Shown in pieces: positions 1 through 13,544 of a DNA stretch of 64,000 nucleotides. The notes below the pieces were generated by a model. That model was not told where the DNA came from, made no database searches, and was given only the letters and a program-made list of their open reading frames with translations. Each line of letters begins with the position of its first letter. The first letter of the stretch is position 1. The translations under genes and the position numbers were made by a program. This stretch comes from Balanoglossus misakiensis (lineage: Eukaryota; Animalia; Hemichordata): the NCBI GenBank assembly GCA_040954595.2, contig CM082577.2, positions 5,754,301 through 5,818,300 on the forward strand, written 5' to 3'.

Positions 1-819
1 GATGATTTTCATGAGCTATAACCCATGGTTTTTTCAAAAAAATGAAGAAATTTTGATATTTCGCAAAGTCGAAAAATTGTCATTTCTGGATGATTTTCAT
101 GAGCTATAACCCATGGTTTTTTCAAAAAAATGAAGAAATTTTGATATTTCGCAAAGTCGAAAAATTGTCATTTCTGGATGATTTTCATGAGCTATAACCC
201 ATGATTTTTGTCAAAAAATGACCAAATTTCGAATATTCGCAAAGTCGAAAAATTGTCATTTCTGGATGATGTTCATGAGCTATAACCCATGGTTTTTTCA
301 AAAAAATGAAGAAATTTTGATATTTCGCAAAGTCGAAAAATTGTCATTTCTGGATGATTTTCATGAGATATAACCCATGATTTTTTCAAAAAAAATGAAG
401 AAATTTTGAAATTTCGCAAAGTCGAAAAATTGTCATTTCTGGATGATTTTCATGAGCTATAACCCATGGTTTTTTCAAAGAAATGAAGAAATTTTGATAT
501 TTCGCAAAGTCGAAAAATTGTCATTTCTGGATGATTTTCATGAGATATAACCCATGATTTTTTCAAAAAAAATGAAGAAATTTTGAAATTTCGCAAAGTC
601 GAAAAATTGTCATTTCTGGATGATTTTCATGAGCTATAACCCATGGTTTTTTCAAAAAAATGAAGAAATTTTGATATTTCGCAAAGTCGAAAAATTGTCA
701 TTTCTGGATGATTTTCATGAGCTATAACCCATGATTTTTGTCAAAAAATGACCAAATTTCGAATATTCGCAAAGTCGAAAAATTGTCATTTCTGGATGAT
801 TTTCATGAGCTATAACCCA

Positions 820-825
<6 letters not shown>
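1..825. repeat. 88-bp AT-rich tandem satellite, about 9.3 units visible, open at the left window edge
   Basis: The unit GATGATTTTCATGAGCTATAACCCATGG...GTCGAAAAATTGTCATTTCTG restarts at 1, 89, 177, 265, 353, 442, 530, 619, 707 and 795 (period 88-89 bp). Units are near-identical. Confidence 0.97.
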
Positions 826-894
<69 letters not shown>

Positions 895-920
895 TCCTTC
901 CCTCCCTCCCTCCTCCCTCT
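824..920. repeat. (CT)n microsatellite followed by a CCT/CCCT tract
   Basis: Pure CT run of about 68 bp directly abutting the satellite, followed by a pyrimidine-only tract. Confidence 0.95.
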
Positions 921-959
921 TACGTACACACATTATTATGACCTTCTGTGGGTACTTAG

Positions 960-2260
960 TTTGCAGGGGGTTCCGGAGCACAGACTCCTGCTATACCTGC
1001 ATTTGATGCAATACTTGGAGTTGAACATACCGGCGACAGTGGTGAGTGGCATTAAAATATATGGATGGGTTGGGTTGGGTTGGGTTGGTTGGTTAGTTTT
1101 GTTTGTTTGTATGTTTGTTTGTTTCGTTTGTTTGTTTGTTTTTGTTGGTTGGTTAGTTCGTTGGTTCATAGACCCTAGAGAAAGGGCCTATGGGTGGTTA
1201 AGCCAATGCCGTGAATTCCTTGCTTATATTTTGACCAGAGAAATTCCATGGCAAAATGAGGAAGAATATGATACCATCTCACAGGCAACTAATTAGGGAT
1301 TTGAGGAATGGGCCATCAATCAAAGATCTTGGTGAGTGAAAAAGTACAATGAATTGCTTTTATCGCGCTGGAAATCATTGTTTTCTGTTTACCAGCTTGC
1401 AGTCAAAAGACAACCATTATGTACTTTTCTTAATTTTGAATATTTGATTTTATGAATTTGTTTTTGTGAGAGAAACAGCGTCTTGATCACCCTCAAATGT
1501 TATATAGAGTTGGCGTGTGTGTTATTCTCATTACTTATATTAAAGTTATGAAACTGCAGTCTTATAAGGACGTTACAACGCCCTCACACGATATGTTCTT
1601 AGTCAATAGATCCTGTCTGACAGAAGTTAAGGAGGCGTATAATAGATGTCTCGATGCGCTGGTTGAATTCAGGTCCTGTCATCTTAGAATCACTGTCAGG
1701 TGAATTTCATATGTCTGTTGTGCTAACAACAATCTCACACCTTCAACATGGATAAGTACATCTTGATCCTTTTGTAACTGCATAAAGTATCTGTTCAAGG
1801 AAGATGGTAAAATATGCTGATCTTAACCGTGGTGATAGCTTTCCTGGCTGAGGATGGTTTGAAGCCTTGAACGTCACAGTGTATATTTCTTTCAATGACT
1901 GTCTCACATATGCGTTGATTGACCTTTATTCGCTTTCAATCACAGATTTATTACCATCCCTTCAAATCGCGCCGAAAGAAGCAAAGATGGCAAGAAAGGT
2001 CCTACTGAAGGTTCAGCAGGCACTGGAGGTATTATCAATCATGCAATAGGCTCTTTTCATGACCTCCTAGATGACCTTACACCCTCGTACATCGTGGCAG
2101 TTTATACTCTATCGACAATTCAATTAATGGCATGCCTTTTTTCTGGACGGTAACCTTTGATTTTGCTATTGGTCTTTTTGCAGACGTGATTGCTTATCTA
2201 AAAACGACCAGAACTGCCACCAAAGACTCCAGTTTCCAATCCACGTCAGCCGTTCCTTAG
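960..2260 (+). CDS. IDO: Indoleamine 2,3-dioxygenase-like paralog A, last five exons only (5' exons not in window)
   Basis: GT-AG exons 960-1041, 1239-1331, 1603-1699, 1946-2028 and 2184-2260 splice in frame to FAGGSGAQTPAIPAFDAILGVEH...MIPSHRQLI...AYNRCLDALVEFRSCHLRITVRFITIP...EGSAGTGDVIAYLKTTRTATKDSSF...*. These match the IDO motifs GGSAGQ, the proximal His in RSxH, and the C-terminal helix. Exon sizes (82/93/97 nt) equal those of paralogs B-D. Confidence 0.9.
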
Positions 2261-3505
2261 AGGAGGGCTTCGGTCATCAGAGCAAATCGAACTTTGAGTT
2301 GGTTATATAGTATGAAGATGAGAATAAGAGACGTTTATTGACATGTTGTGAATGTGGTCCCTCAATAATGTGGATTTTCTGTTTCAATACAACGTATACT
2401 GTTGATAAAATATCGTTATATGATCCACATTATTACAGAATTCTTTTTACTAGCAACGAATGCCAAACTAGCAACACCGGCTTTCTTTGAGGGGGCCACC
2501 GGCTTTCTTTGAGGGGGCCCGACACGTTATCTCTAAAATTGTAACAACGTCACAAAACGTTTTCGTGTCACATTTGTCCACTTGTCTAGACCTTCGAAAG
2601 TGGTTAAAAGTGAACAAAGTCTTAATCAAGTAAGCTTTGGTTGTTAATCGGTTTGATGGTATTTTTTTTATTTAAAAAAACCTCCAACTGTAAACTTTTG
2701 TTTGCAATGCCACCGAGTCACCTCATAAGACGAGCACTGAATGATATTATTAGACATGACACAGCACACATTGCATTTTTAATAGATCTGCTGGAATAAT
2801 GAGTAATACATTCCTAGTCTTGTTCGGGTCGCTGTTATTGTAATAAGAATAACTTGTTGGGAAGGCTATGGTATTTGGTATTAAACTATGCATTGCATCT
2901 GGGTATTTATTTATTTATTTATTTATTTGTTTGTTTGTTTGTTTGTTTGTCCGAAAAGAACGCCTAATTCGCCTGTGTTGAAACATGTAAATTATGGCCT
3001 AATTTAAACGTTTCGAGCGAACGCATAAGCTATAGGCAGGCAAACAACCACAGCACCGGTACCTGCCAGCGAACACGTTTAGAACGCGTGTAGTCCTTCT
3101 CAGAAATCGCCTCAAAACACACGGAAGATCGTTATAAATGAGCAAGTAGGATAGCAGGTATGAATTTTGACATGAAATAGGCGGTATCGATGCCGATTTA
3201 TTGATAAATTTCTCCTTTGTGTGAGTGAAAACATCTACCGAACTTGGCAATGCATCTGTCAAAATTGGATTCGGTTTCATGACTTGTCTCAATTTTCTGG
3301 GTCAAGGCCAATCCTCATGCGACTGTGGTTTGACCCCAATTCGACTGTAGCACAGTTCAAGGTTTCAATGCAAACGTAAGATGAATCGTTTGAGTTCTGA
3401 CCAGCTCTCTTCTACTGTCTGTGCCCGTACCTGTCGAGTTTTTTTAAGAATTAGGCCAGAATTCGGAGGGTGATATACATGTATAGGACTGTTGCCGATG
3501 TAACT

Positions 3506-6500
3506 ATGGCTACAGATGACGCTGGAGAGGTTCCGAGACTAGAAGATTTCCAAGTTTCTCGAGAGTTGGGATTTTTGCTTGAAAATCCATTGGTAGGTAG
3601 TGTTTCTAATCTAAGACGCTTCAGAACCGTGGTGCCTGTGTGACCCCCATATATATGTTGCCTGTGGAACTAATTTTTACCACGTACATTTTGCTGCTGT
3701 TTTGTCACTGACCATCAGTTGTAATATTTTACGTGTATATTGTACGAGGGTCGAGGTACTGAAATAAAAATGAAACTGAAATGACTTGTAAGTTCTCTGT
3801 ACTTTTTTTTACCAGACAGAGCTTCAGGGTTACTTCACCGAGTGGAATGAGGTTGCTTTCAACCTGGTCGACTACATAGAAGACGGAAGTATCCGCGAAA
3901 GGATTAACAAGGTGAGAGCGCATGTCTCATACATTATGATGCATGGTGCAAGTAGTCGAAAAACGTTAGAAAACGTTCGATGCAATAAAAGAAAATAAAT
4001 ACACAAACAAGCAACGATTTTTTTCTCCACAGCTCACTGTCCTTGACCACGAAAATCTGACTACTCACCGCGAACTGCGTTTGGCCCACGTCATGTTGAC
4101 TGGGCTTGCCGCTGGCTATGTGTGGGTGGATGGTCCAAAAGGTATACCAAAGGTAACTAACTATTCCTTGGGTTACTGCCAATAACAAACACAGATATAG
4201 CAACTGGATATACTACTAAATATTTTTGTGTGTGAAAAACGTACGTTTTATATCATTCGTACGTCGTATGTCCCCAATTCTCCACATAGAGATACATGAG
4301 AACAATGAACCAGTTTCGGCTCAACTGGGGATGCATACTTGTAATAATATGACGAGTTCTGTTCTTGTGTCCCCGTTCCCCGTGTGTTCCAGGATAGAAA
4401 TTTCAGCGTAATCACCGAAATCATTGATGGTAAATCGAGTTTAATGGTTTCATTTAAATCAAGGAAAACATTTGGCTTCCATTCTCACAGGTCTTGCCCA
4501 AGTCCGTGGCTGTTCCGCTGTGGAGAGTGTCTGAAAGACTCGGCATTCAACCAATCATGTGCCACTGCAGCTGGTCGCTGGCAAACTGGAAAGTAATAGA
4601 CAATACAAAACCGATCGCTGACATCAAGTAAGTTGCACGGTTATACTCAATAATCAACACATAATTATAAATTAACATCACATAAAATCTGGGAAATACA
4701 AAGATTAAAAGACCGTCATTCTTCTTTTTTTGCACCTGTCACAGTAATCGGGAACTTCTGGTCCATCTTCCTGGTGGCGACACTGCAAAATGGTTCTTTT
4801 TGGTCCAGCAGCAAGTAGACATGGTTTGTGGACCTGGGTTATCGTGTGCCGTGGGATTAAAGAAGGTATGAAAATCACCGGGGGGGGGTTATCCCGGATA
4901 GAAACGATTATCTGTGGTTGAAAACGACAAAAGGATCATGTCAATGTCCCTTGTCGTAACTGAAAGGCCTAGGAGACCATGTCGCAACTATTCTAATGTA
5001 ATGGATGTGTTGACGACGAAGCGAATGTGCAAAATGTAAATTGGTATCCTTCTCCAAACGCCGTGACTATTTATTACAGGCAGTGCAAAATGGAGACGAG
5101 AAACAGCTGACGAGACATTTGAAAGGCCTGGAGTCAACTCTCAGAGCGATGGAAGCAAGTCTCAGCGAGATTAACGGTGTGTAGTCTCACCCAGTTCTTG
5201 ATTAGAAAAAAATTGGAAGGGTTATCAGCCGTGCGACTGATTTGCGTGATATTTGGAATAGTTGAACGGGTGACGGGTACACTGTAAAGTACCTGCGGTC
5301 AGGTGATGAAGTGAAGTGCGCGCGCACATGCAATGGATTCTGAAACTTCTACATTCTTTCTTGGAAATGTGTGTCTATATACAATATACACTTTACCATG
5401 AATGGGGTTTACGTAAAAGATAGCTAACGATATCTCTAACAAAACAGTTAGTATGGTTTTTTTTATCTCCTTTAGAGCTGTGTGACCCGGACACATTCTT
5501 TAATGTCCTTCGTGGATATATGATGGGGTAGGCGCTTTGTGTTTACTAAGACACACGTATTTCTAGCATAGACAGTATGTCTACTGTCGATGTTTCTAGG
5601 AAGTAAAGCTGTGATTGGCTTAAAACTAAGTAAAATCGCGCAATACTTCTTGAAAACAAATCGGATGGTCACATTTCAGCTGGGGGTCGAAGCCTTTTAT
5701 GGACTGTGGTTATGGTGGCTTGATTTACGAAGGCATATCTGATAGACCAAAACAGGTAATGTCTGACATCCGGTAGAGTCCTTTCTAGAAGTATTGTGTT
5801 TTGTCTCTTCTCCTGGGCTAATACACAATACACAGGCCATACCACAAGTTTTACTGTGTGTGGCTACGCTACCACCGCAACTTTATTACAACAATGTGTG
5901 GCTACGCTACCACCGCAACTTTATTACAACAATAGTGATACAACAATTGAACTCTTACATGGCAGCTCAGAAAATACGCCTAGACCCCGCCCTAAAAAAC
6001 AGAGCTTATAAAACCCTTTTATAGGGAAAATTCCTCTGAAAAAGCGTTGGGTCCCTGAACCAAAACAGAAAAGAAAAGAAACTAAAAAATTTAACGGATC
6101 ACAAGGCGACTTGACTGGCCGGTGGTAGCGCGTAGACTGACCTGATTAACCCCACCTACTTGATATTCATACTCCCATAAACAGCGCCCTCACGAAACAA
6201 CAAAACATTTATTTCTCCCTATACGTTGTACCTTGAGAAATAACATGTTGCTATGTAATTGTATATGTGTGTGTGTGGGGGGGGGGGGGTAAGTGGGCGA
6301 TTGGTTGATTGAATGACTGACTGATTGATTGATTGATTGATTGATTGCGTGTATGTACGTTTGCGGTATGTTTATATGTACTGTAAATTTGCCCAACCAC
6401 AACTTCATGTCAAATCAGTGTTTTTGTTCTCTTCGACGTTGCAAAGTACATGGGAGCTTCGGCTGCGCAGTCTCCACCAATACCTGCATTCGATTCCGCG

Positions 6501-7573
6501 CTGGACGTTGAACACATAGCAGAGAATGGTATGTATACGTGACTCACACGCCGGTATCCAACTTCTTCACATTTTCAGTGGGTAGCACCCTCGAAAAGAA
6601 GAACTTGCAATGCATATGTAAATTAGAGGCGACCATTTACCTTTAACGAGGGGGGTGCTTGTGAAATTTGGAGGGGGTCACAATTGTTTATGCAGTTGTC
6701 TTGAGGAGGGGTCACAAAATACTCTGCATGCATTTTGGGATCAAATATATTATAACCATATATGGGTATATGTAATTTATAAGTGACCGTATACCTTTAA
6801 ACACTGCTTTACTTTCAGAGACATTCCATAAATCTTTGAGACAGTATATGCTGCCGGTACACAGACAGCTTATAGAAGATTTACGAAAAGGGCCATCTGT
6901 GAGGAAATTCGGTAGGTAGCATATTTCTGTGGGCACTAGTATGACAGCGCCCTCCTTTGTCCAGAAGATGTGGATTTTCGAATTCAGACTGCCGAAGCTC
7001 GTATATGGATGTCCTTCATCCTATTAACCCCTGTTAATGCATTTCCTTTTCTGAGCTCAGTTGACGGATGTTCTGACGAGGAAACAAGACGAACTTATAA
7101 TGCTTGTTTAGCCGCTCTGGTCGATTTTAGGTCTTGTCACCTCAGAATTGTCGCCAGGTATGTGTCAAAGTCATTGTCTTTGAAATAATGCAACCAGAGC
7201 ACATGTATTACAGACATTTGAATTGATCTTTCCGAGAGGCTTCCTGATTTTTTTTAAAATTTGTTTATAGATTCATTACAATCCCATTGCATAAGACAGA
7301 GAGAAAGGGTAACGCCTTAGGTGAAGGAACGGCCGGCTCAGGTACGGTATGATCAAGTCTAATTTCGTGTGTAATTATTGTACATATTCCACGTGCCAAA
7401 TTTTGTGAATCACATGGTGTTTTCAGAGAGAGAGAGAGAGATGAAATCTTTCTTGTGTATTCAAACACTATACCTTCAATGGCGCTTCGTGCAAACAACC
7501 GCTATTCTCTATTTCAGATGTTATTGGCTACCTTAAGTCAACCAGGTTGGCCACAAAAGAAGTCCTTTTCTAA
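3506..7573 (+). CDS. IDO: Indoleamine 2,3-dioxygenase-like paralog B, 13 exons, 394 aa
   Basis: Exons 3506-3592, 3816-3911, 4033-4152, 4491-4627, 4745-4865, 5080-5176, 5476-5527, 5680-5755, 6447-6528, 6819-6911, 7061-7157, 7271-7341 and 7518-7573 (1185 nt, open frame). Motifs: LEDFQVSRELGF, LRLAHVML..GYVW, SLANW, WFFLV, DPDTFFNVLR, GLIYEG, GASAAQS, FRSCHLRIV, GTAG. Confidence 0.93.
5857..5933. repeat. 38-bp direct tandem duplication in IDO-B intron 8
   Basis: TGTGTGGCTACGCTACCACCGCAACTTTATTACAACAA occurs at 5857 and again at 5895. Confidence 0.9.
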
Positions 7574-7897
7574 GACAGTATGGGTGTTACTTGTCAGGAA
7601 TACTGCTGCCATCATCGTTTTCCGACCTCTTTGTACATTTTTTATTGCGGTCACATTGTCCACATCTGACTGGGACCTACACTTGTGTGGATTACTTGAG
7701 AGTCGATTGATCGTGATTAAGAATTAAAGTCGACGACTAACCATGGTCACCCTACGTGGAGTGACCGTGTCTGGACTTATTACCATGACAACTGTTAAGT
7801 ATTTTGTATCAATTTAAAGGTCATTAAACAGGGTTATCCAAATCTGTATCATGTGATGACTGATGGCGTCATACTGTAAAATACACCAACCCACCCA

Positions 7898-7934
<37 letters not shown>

Positions 7935-8665
7935 ATGTATGTATGTACGTACGTACGTACGTACGTAAGGGAGCTGAACATGTTAACATGCGCCGCCTGA
8001 CGGTGTAATCTCGCTCCATGACTTATGACACAAAAACGCGTTCGGACGCGTAACAATATCGAAACGAAGCCATATATGGCACTGGCACTACACAACCGCA
8101 TATATGGAATCTACACTGCATGTCTAACCAGAGGGACAGTGCAAGGACGGGTGTGTCTATAAGCGCATTTATACAGGTATTTACCACTTTGCCAAAGAAA
8201 ACGCTGCAGTGTTAACTAAGGTGTCAACTCGAATTATTATTCCCTGTGGCTCACTCTATCTTTCGACGGATTAGCCGGATTGTAAAGTACAGAGCAACCA
8301 CCGGCAAAGTTTGTCTGTGTGAACCACCGTCTTGGGAATCATTATTGCCCAAATTAAGCTTATCTCAAACCTGTCTTCATCACAATTAAGCTTAAACGCT
8401 ATTAGTTTATTGGTATATGGGCTTCGTCTGTATGGCGCCATTGTTCTAGGAAACAGGTTGACCAATGCCTCAACACCATTTTAAATGTTCCACCATTATG
8501 AGGTGTTGTTTAATGTCAGAGTTCAAACTTGACTATATATACAGTTGAAGTTAGACAATAAAACAGAGATCACATTTGACTTCCAACCAAAGTACTGGCC
8601 ATCCCGTCTCTCTCTTCATTCCGAGCCTACTTCTCAAGTGTACGCCGCACGCACCGCAACTAACA

Positions 8666-11600
8666 ATGGCTGCGGAAGAATATGGAGACGTTCCGAGGCT
8701 AGAAGATTTCCATGTGTCTGGGCAGTTGGGGTTTGTTCTAGAAAACCCGTTGGTAGGTAGAGTGACACGTCACGATCGTTTTCGTTATCTGTTAATACCT
8801 AGCACATATTGGAGATCTGTTCATGGGATGAGGGCCGCAACGACCGGTGTGCCCGGGCCAAAAACACACACAGGCCGAAACAAGCTGTTACCGAAATAAA
8901 AACACAGCAGCAGCAGTAGTTTTCTGGAAGTTCGCGACAAATGTTCAAAAACTGGATCAACAAATACATTTTACTTTCGTCTACAGTGGCGCCTTTACTC
9001 TTTTACCGTGCGTTTATTCACGTTGCAATCAAAAGAATACCGGTATTCTAGTATAGTGGTTGATGACCCATTAACCGTGCATTATCACAATGCCAGTGCG
9101 TTAGTAATAAGTACATTCATACAACCTTGCTGTTATTGCCGTAGCTTGAGTTACCGCCGTACTTCCACGTCTGGAATGAAATGGGACGAGAACTGAGAGA
9201 TATGATTTATTATGGAATTATCCGAGACAGAATTCACAAGGTAAGATTAGTTGTTCTATTCCAGCCAATTTGATATTATATGTTTAAAACTGAACCATCC
9301 GCACTGGGCTCACTGCATGTGGTTTTAATGAGCCTTGAACTTGTGCAAATTTGTAGATGCCTCTTCTGGACCACAGTCTACTGGAAGGACACCGGCAACT
9401 TCGACTGGCCCATCTAATTTTGTCTTGTCTGGCTAGCGGTTATGTCTGGATGGAAGGAGAACAACATGTGCCATCTGTAAGTTTTTCTTCTTCTAGTTTG
9501 CTGTATCTTATGTTAGTCACGCGATGTAAAAAGGTGTAACACATTTGCGTATTTTTGTTTTATTTTAGAGGCTTCCAGAAAGCCTAGCTGTACCACTATG
9601 GAACATTTCCCAGAGACTTGGAATACCAGCGGCACCCGCAATGCATTACTCAGTGGGCCTTGCAAACTGGAAGCTCAAAGATCCTTCTGGACCCATTCAC
9701 GTTGAGTGAGTTCTCCTGAGAATTATACTCTTGGGTTTGTTTGTCTAGACTTGAATTCATTTGTCGACAGCAAATACGGTCGCTTTACAGACATATCTTA
9801 ACCAGCAAAAAAAGTGGAAAGTTCAACATGATATACATGTGCGAAGTTGAACTGAACTATACATAAAAAATAAAGGCTTTGAAAAATAGCCAAAGTTATC
9901 GTTAACGCAGCTTCAGTATCACACGCTTACAAGATGTACTTGTTATTCATCCCCAAAGCAACATGGAAACAATCATCAAACTGCAGTGCGACATTACTGA
10001 GGAATGGTTCTTCCTCATCATCGTCCAAGTGGAACTTGATAACGCGCCAGGCTTAGTCAACATGGTCAAGGCGCAACAGGTAGGTCGAATAGGCCATTTT
10101 CACGACCCCTATATGACCTTATATCCTCGTACTTCCGTCGGTATGGGGTTGTCAAAATTCAACATTTTGGGACAAGAAACATGTAAAATGTTGCTTGAAC
10201 AAGAATCACTTTTGTAATTCAGTACACAATTTATTGACTACAGCTACAATTTTGGAGTTTTGTAGAGGTTTTAGACAACCTGATGTATTCTAACCGACGG
10301 AAGTACGAGGATGTAAGGTCATGTAGGGGTCGTGAAAATGGCCTACATTGTGGATTTCTATGGGGAACACGTGAATAATATTTGTGCATTTGCAGGGTGT
10401 CCGTAATCATTCCTTGAGAATTGTTAGCAGGACGCGTTGTCTGAAAACAATAATTGCTGTGCAGAACGTGAAAACATTTTCTAAACATGAACTAAATAAA
10501 ATGTTTATGTTTGATATTGTTAACTTTTTTTCCCTCAATGACAGGCTGTTAAAGACAGGGATGTGGATAAGCTGATTGAGGCCTTGCATGTGATGACGCA
10601 GACACTGAAAAAGATGAGAACAACTCTGACAAGGATGCATGGTAAGTCGGTGCATCATCTGTTGGACCCATCTGTCATTCAGCTTATCACACTATTCCCG
10701 ATATCCAAAATGAAACAAGCGTTTTTCGTAGTACATTTCATACGTGAATAGAGTTAGCATTCAATTTGGTAGCTATTATTATTAGTTTCAAATCTTGGCT
10801 ATTTGTTTCCTATGCAACTGCAGTCTCTTGTTTGACTCCTGAACGCGAGATGATATCCCCAATGATTTGGCTTCAACGCAGTCACATGTACATCCATCAC
10901 TTTTATTGCATTCTATACAGTATGGCTTTGAGTTGCCTCGTTTAAATCGCACGAGATTACTTATTTTGTGACTTATATTGTGATGAATGTTTACACGACA
11001 TGGCTGGACACGTTGCCTGTAAAGGTATCATGCCGACTTTTCTCTTCCAAAACTAAATCTGTACAGATAGAAAAAATATTTAAACATGTTTGAAAGGCTT
11101 GCACAGTTGCAGGCTATATCTAGCAACTTGCTCTTTTTACTGTTTTTGAGGTCCGTACAATATTGGCTAAACCAGACAGTGAGTCTTGAGTTCACGATGC
11201 AGTGACCCCAAAACAACAACAACAACAACAACAACATCTTGTTCTGATGTTTATTTTTTAATTGTTCCAGAGAAAAATGATCCTAGCATATACTACAATG
11301 TTTTACGCGTATTATTATCTGGGTAAGTATAGAAAGTGGTTATGCACTTCATCTGAAGTTTCATTGAAGATTCAGAGTATAGAGAAGCAAAAGACTTGAG
11401 CGAAATGGATTTGGGGCACAGTTGTACTTTTTTTGGATCTAGGGTCTTTGTGCAACGACAAGGCGATTCGTGTCATTAAAATTTCTATGCCAGTGCGATT
11501 CTCGTTATATGCACGCTCGTTGCTCTCACGCTAAGGTCATGTCATGAAAAGCAAAAACAAACCCTGAACAATTCTATAGTGCTGTCATAACTTGTTTCTT

Positions 11601-13544
11601 TGTCTAGCTGGGACCATGACGTTTTTAGGAGGTTGGGCTACAATGGTTTAATCTATGAAGGTGTCTGCGATGAGCCAATTACGGTGAGTCATGTGTATGT
11701 ATGTGTGTGTGTATATCTGCGTGTATGTATGTATGTATGTATGTATATTGTATGTATATTGTATGTATGTATGTATGTATGTATGTATGTATGTATGTAT
11801 GTATGTATGTATGTATGTATGTATGTATGTATGTATGTATGTATGTATGTATGTATGTATGTATGTATGTATGTATGTATGTATGTATGTATGTATGTAT
11901 GTATGTATGTATGTATGTATGTATGTATGTATGTATGTATGTATGTATGTATGTATGTATGTATGTATGTATGTACCTGAATATACCTATTCATATTCCA
12001 AAAGATACTACGTCATATTTCAAAATTAGATGCAATGCCACTTTTTCTTCATTTCAGTACGCTGGCGGCACTTCAGCTCAGGGGGCCTTACTTTATAGTT
12101 TTGATGAGGCACTAGGAATCAAACACGATCCAGCTAAAGGTGATTATTTCTGTTGCATGTACTTTTCGATTCTCATATTGTATATTTTTATACGTATCTC
12201 TCCCCCTCACCAACACTGCCATGAAAAAAACACAGACTGGTCTACGTACTGATATTTATGAAGGTCTGATGGTTTGTTTAATGTCTTTTACAATGTCGCG
12301 AAAAACAGGGACAGGTCGCACTTGGAAGATTCTTGCACCGTGTAGGCGGTTCTGGCCACGTTTTGTTTCATCAAATCACAACACAATGTGTTTTTTTTTT
12401 CATCCAGAGGCAGTCATCTCGAAGTTCAAACAATACATGCCTCCAGACCATAGGGCATTTATCAAAGCAATATCAAGAGGACCTTCAATTAAAAATTTTG
12501 GTAAGAGAAATGGATGATTTGTTTATGTGCATGGTGATTTGCATATTGATCACACATATTTTATTTTCAGGGAAGATATAACATCTGGTCTGGCTGTCTG
12601 TATTGCATAAGCTTTTGTTGTGGGGGTACTGGGGGTTCTGTTCGGCATATACTTTATAACATTTGTTTCTGTTTTCTGCACCAGTTGAAACATTGCAAGA
12701 TGGCACGTTACTGGACGCGTACAACGACTGCGTGAAAGCGTTGGCAGACTTCAGGAGCTATCACCTACAGCTTGCGTGCAGGTAAAGTCGGATGAAAGAC
12801 AGATGACGAAGTCTGTCACCTTTTAGAGGGTTATTGGACAATCAGGAACATCTGAAGCTAATGTTGCTCATAATAATGTTTAAAAGGAATAGAACCATTC
12901 TTGTAATTATGCATATTTTGCAGACAGTCGCAATGGGGATATGCTGACATGGAGGGTTTTCAAAAGGAAACTGCGCTAAGATGGCGCTGGAAGTATTTTA
13001 GTGCTGAGAACCTAGATCACTGTACAAATTTGCCATACCCGTTGTCTTAAACCAGATTAGACCCGGCATTAAGGGTTACCTGCCGCGAGTCTTGTGGTCG
13101 TTACCTTGCACATATAGCCTAAAAATCAATGAGTGTAGTTGAAATACAATGTACTTGTATAGTGGAACATTCCCGTATGTGATGTTACGTCAGCTTTCCA
13201 AGGAAGACAATCTACAATTGAATTTCTTGTAGGTACATCACAATCCCAGCACAAAAGAAGGCGAATGACAGCAATGAAGGTGCGACGGGCCAAGCTCGGC
13301 AAGTGAAAGGATTGGGCGGTACTGGTATGTATACAATGTATATACAATCCGCATTACCTTACGTGGGTTTTTGATTCCACGGCGTCATAGTACACTCAAG
13401 TATGTTTTTGCATTTTATCCGTCCACCCAAGTATTGACTGACTCTCATTTCATTTTTTTATCTCTTTGGGCAGGTTTCATGCAATACTTGAAAGGACTTC
13501 GCAACACCACATCAGCTGCAATACTGAAGGACACCGAGATGTAG
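8666..13544 (+). CDS. IDO: Indoleamine 2,3-dioxygenase-like paralog C, 13 exons, 406 aa
   Basis: Exons 8666-8752, 9145-9240, 9357-9476, 9569-9705, 9959-10079, 10545-10641, 11271-11322, 11608-11683, 12058-12139, 12408-12500, 12685-12781, 13233-13324 and 13474-13544 (1221 nt, open frame). Motifs: HRQLRLAHLIL, GLANWKLKDP, WFFLIIVQVE, YYNVLRVLLSGW, GLIYEGV, YAGGTSAQ, YMPPDHRAFI, FRSYHLQL, GLGG. Confidence 0.94.
10090..10345. mobile_element. MITE with ~50-bp terminal inverted repeats in IDO-C intron 5
   Basis: Left end TAGGCCATTTTCACGACCCCTATATGACCTTATATCCTCGTACTTCCGTCGG pairs with right end CCGACGGAAGTACGAGGATGTAAGGTCATGTAGGGGTCGTGAAAATGGCCTA. TA at both ends. Absent from the equivalent 153-bp intron of IDO-D. 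Confidence 0.85.
11690..11975. repeat. (TATG)n microsatellite in IDO-C intron 8
   Basis: More than 200 bp of pure TATG repeat. It accounts for the MYVC and HTYI ORFs in the track. Confidence 0.97.

Noticed and set aside
11600-12252. MYVC/HTYI-repeat ORFs
   Set aside because: They come from the (TATG)n microsatellite between IDO-C exons 8 and 9.
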